DNA of 64,000 bases, from the NCBI GenBank assembly GCA_043228905.1, contig JBHGNT010000009.1, positions 806,001 to 870,000 on the forward strand, in the 5' to 3' direction. The translations under genes were made by a program, and so were the position numbers. Shown here piece by piece: positions 63,993 to 64,000 of this stretch. The notes under the pieces are model-generated. The model was given only the letters and a program-made list of their open reading frames with translations. It was not told where the DNA came from and did not search any database. Positions within the stretch are counted from its first letter, which is position 1. Every line of letters begins with the position of its first letter. This stretch comes from Azolla caroliniana (taxonomy: Eukaryota; Plantae; Polypodiophyta).

Positions 63993-64000
63993 GTACAATG

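Overview
Eukaryotic land-plant nuclear DNA: AT-rich, GT-AG introns, many microsatellites. The PPR and LINE sequences look fern-like, but that is inference only. I reconstructed eight protein-coding genes by hand, splice junction by splice junction. They are a clade-D PP2C phosphatase (+), a PLS-class PPR protein ending after E1 (-), a small RTNLB22/23-type reticulon (+), homogentisate 1,2-dioxygenase (-), two head-to-head HIR/SPFH paralogues (-/+), a DDX6/RH6-8-12-type DEAD-box helicase (-), and the 5' part of an ASK20/21-type SKP1-like gene (+) that runs off the window. Intergenic DNA holds a decayed LINE, a LINE fragment with a 13-bp TSD nested in a gypsy-like relic, Ty1/copia and Ty3/gypsy remnants, and several tandem arrays. 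I found no rRNA, tRNA or CRISPR, and I cannot support a novel multi-gene system. The best leads are cis-level: a chained stop/start uORF cassette ahead of PP2C, a decayed palindromic 34-bp array filling a PP2C intron, a perfect 18-bp hairpin upstream of HIR-A, and a divergent DDX6 (TTGR motif, short N-terminus) with apparent 3'UTR introns.
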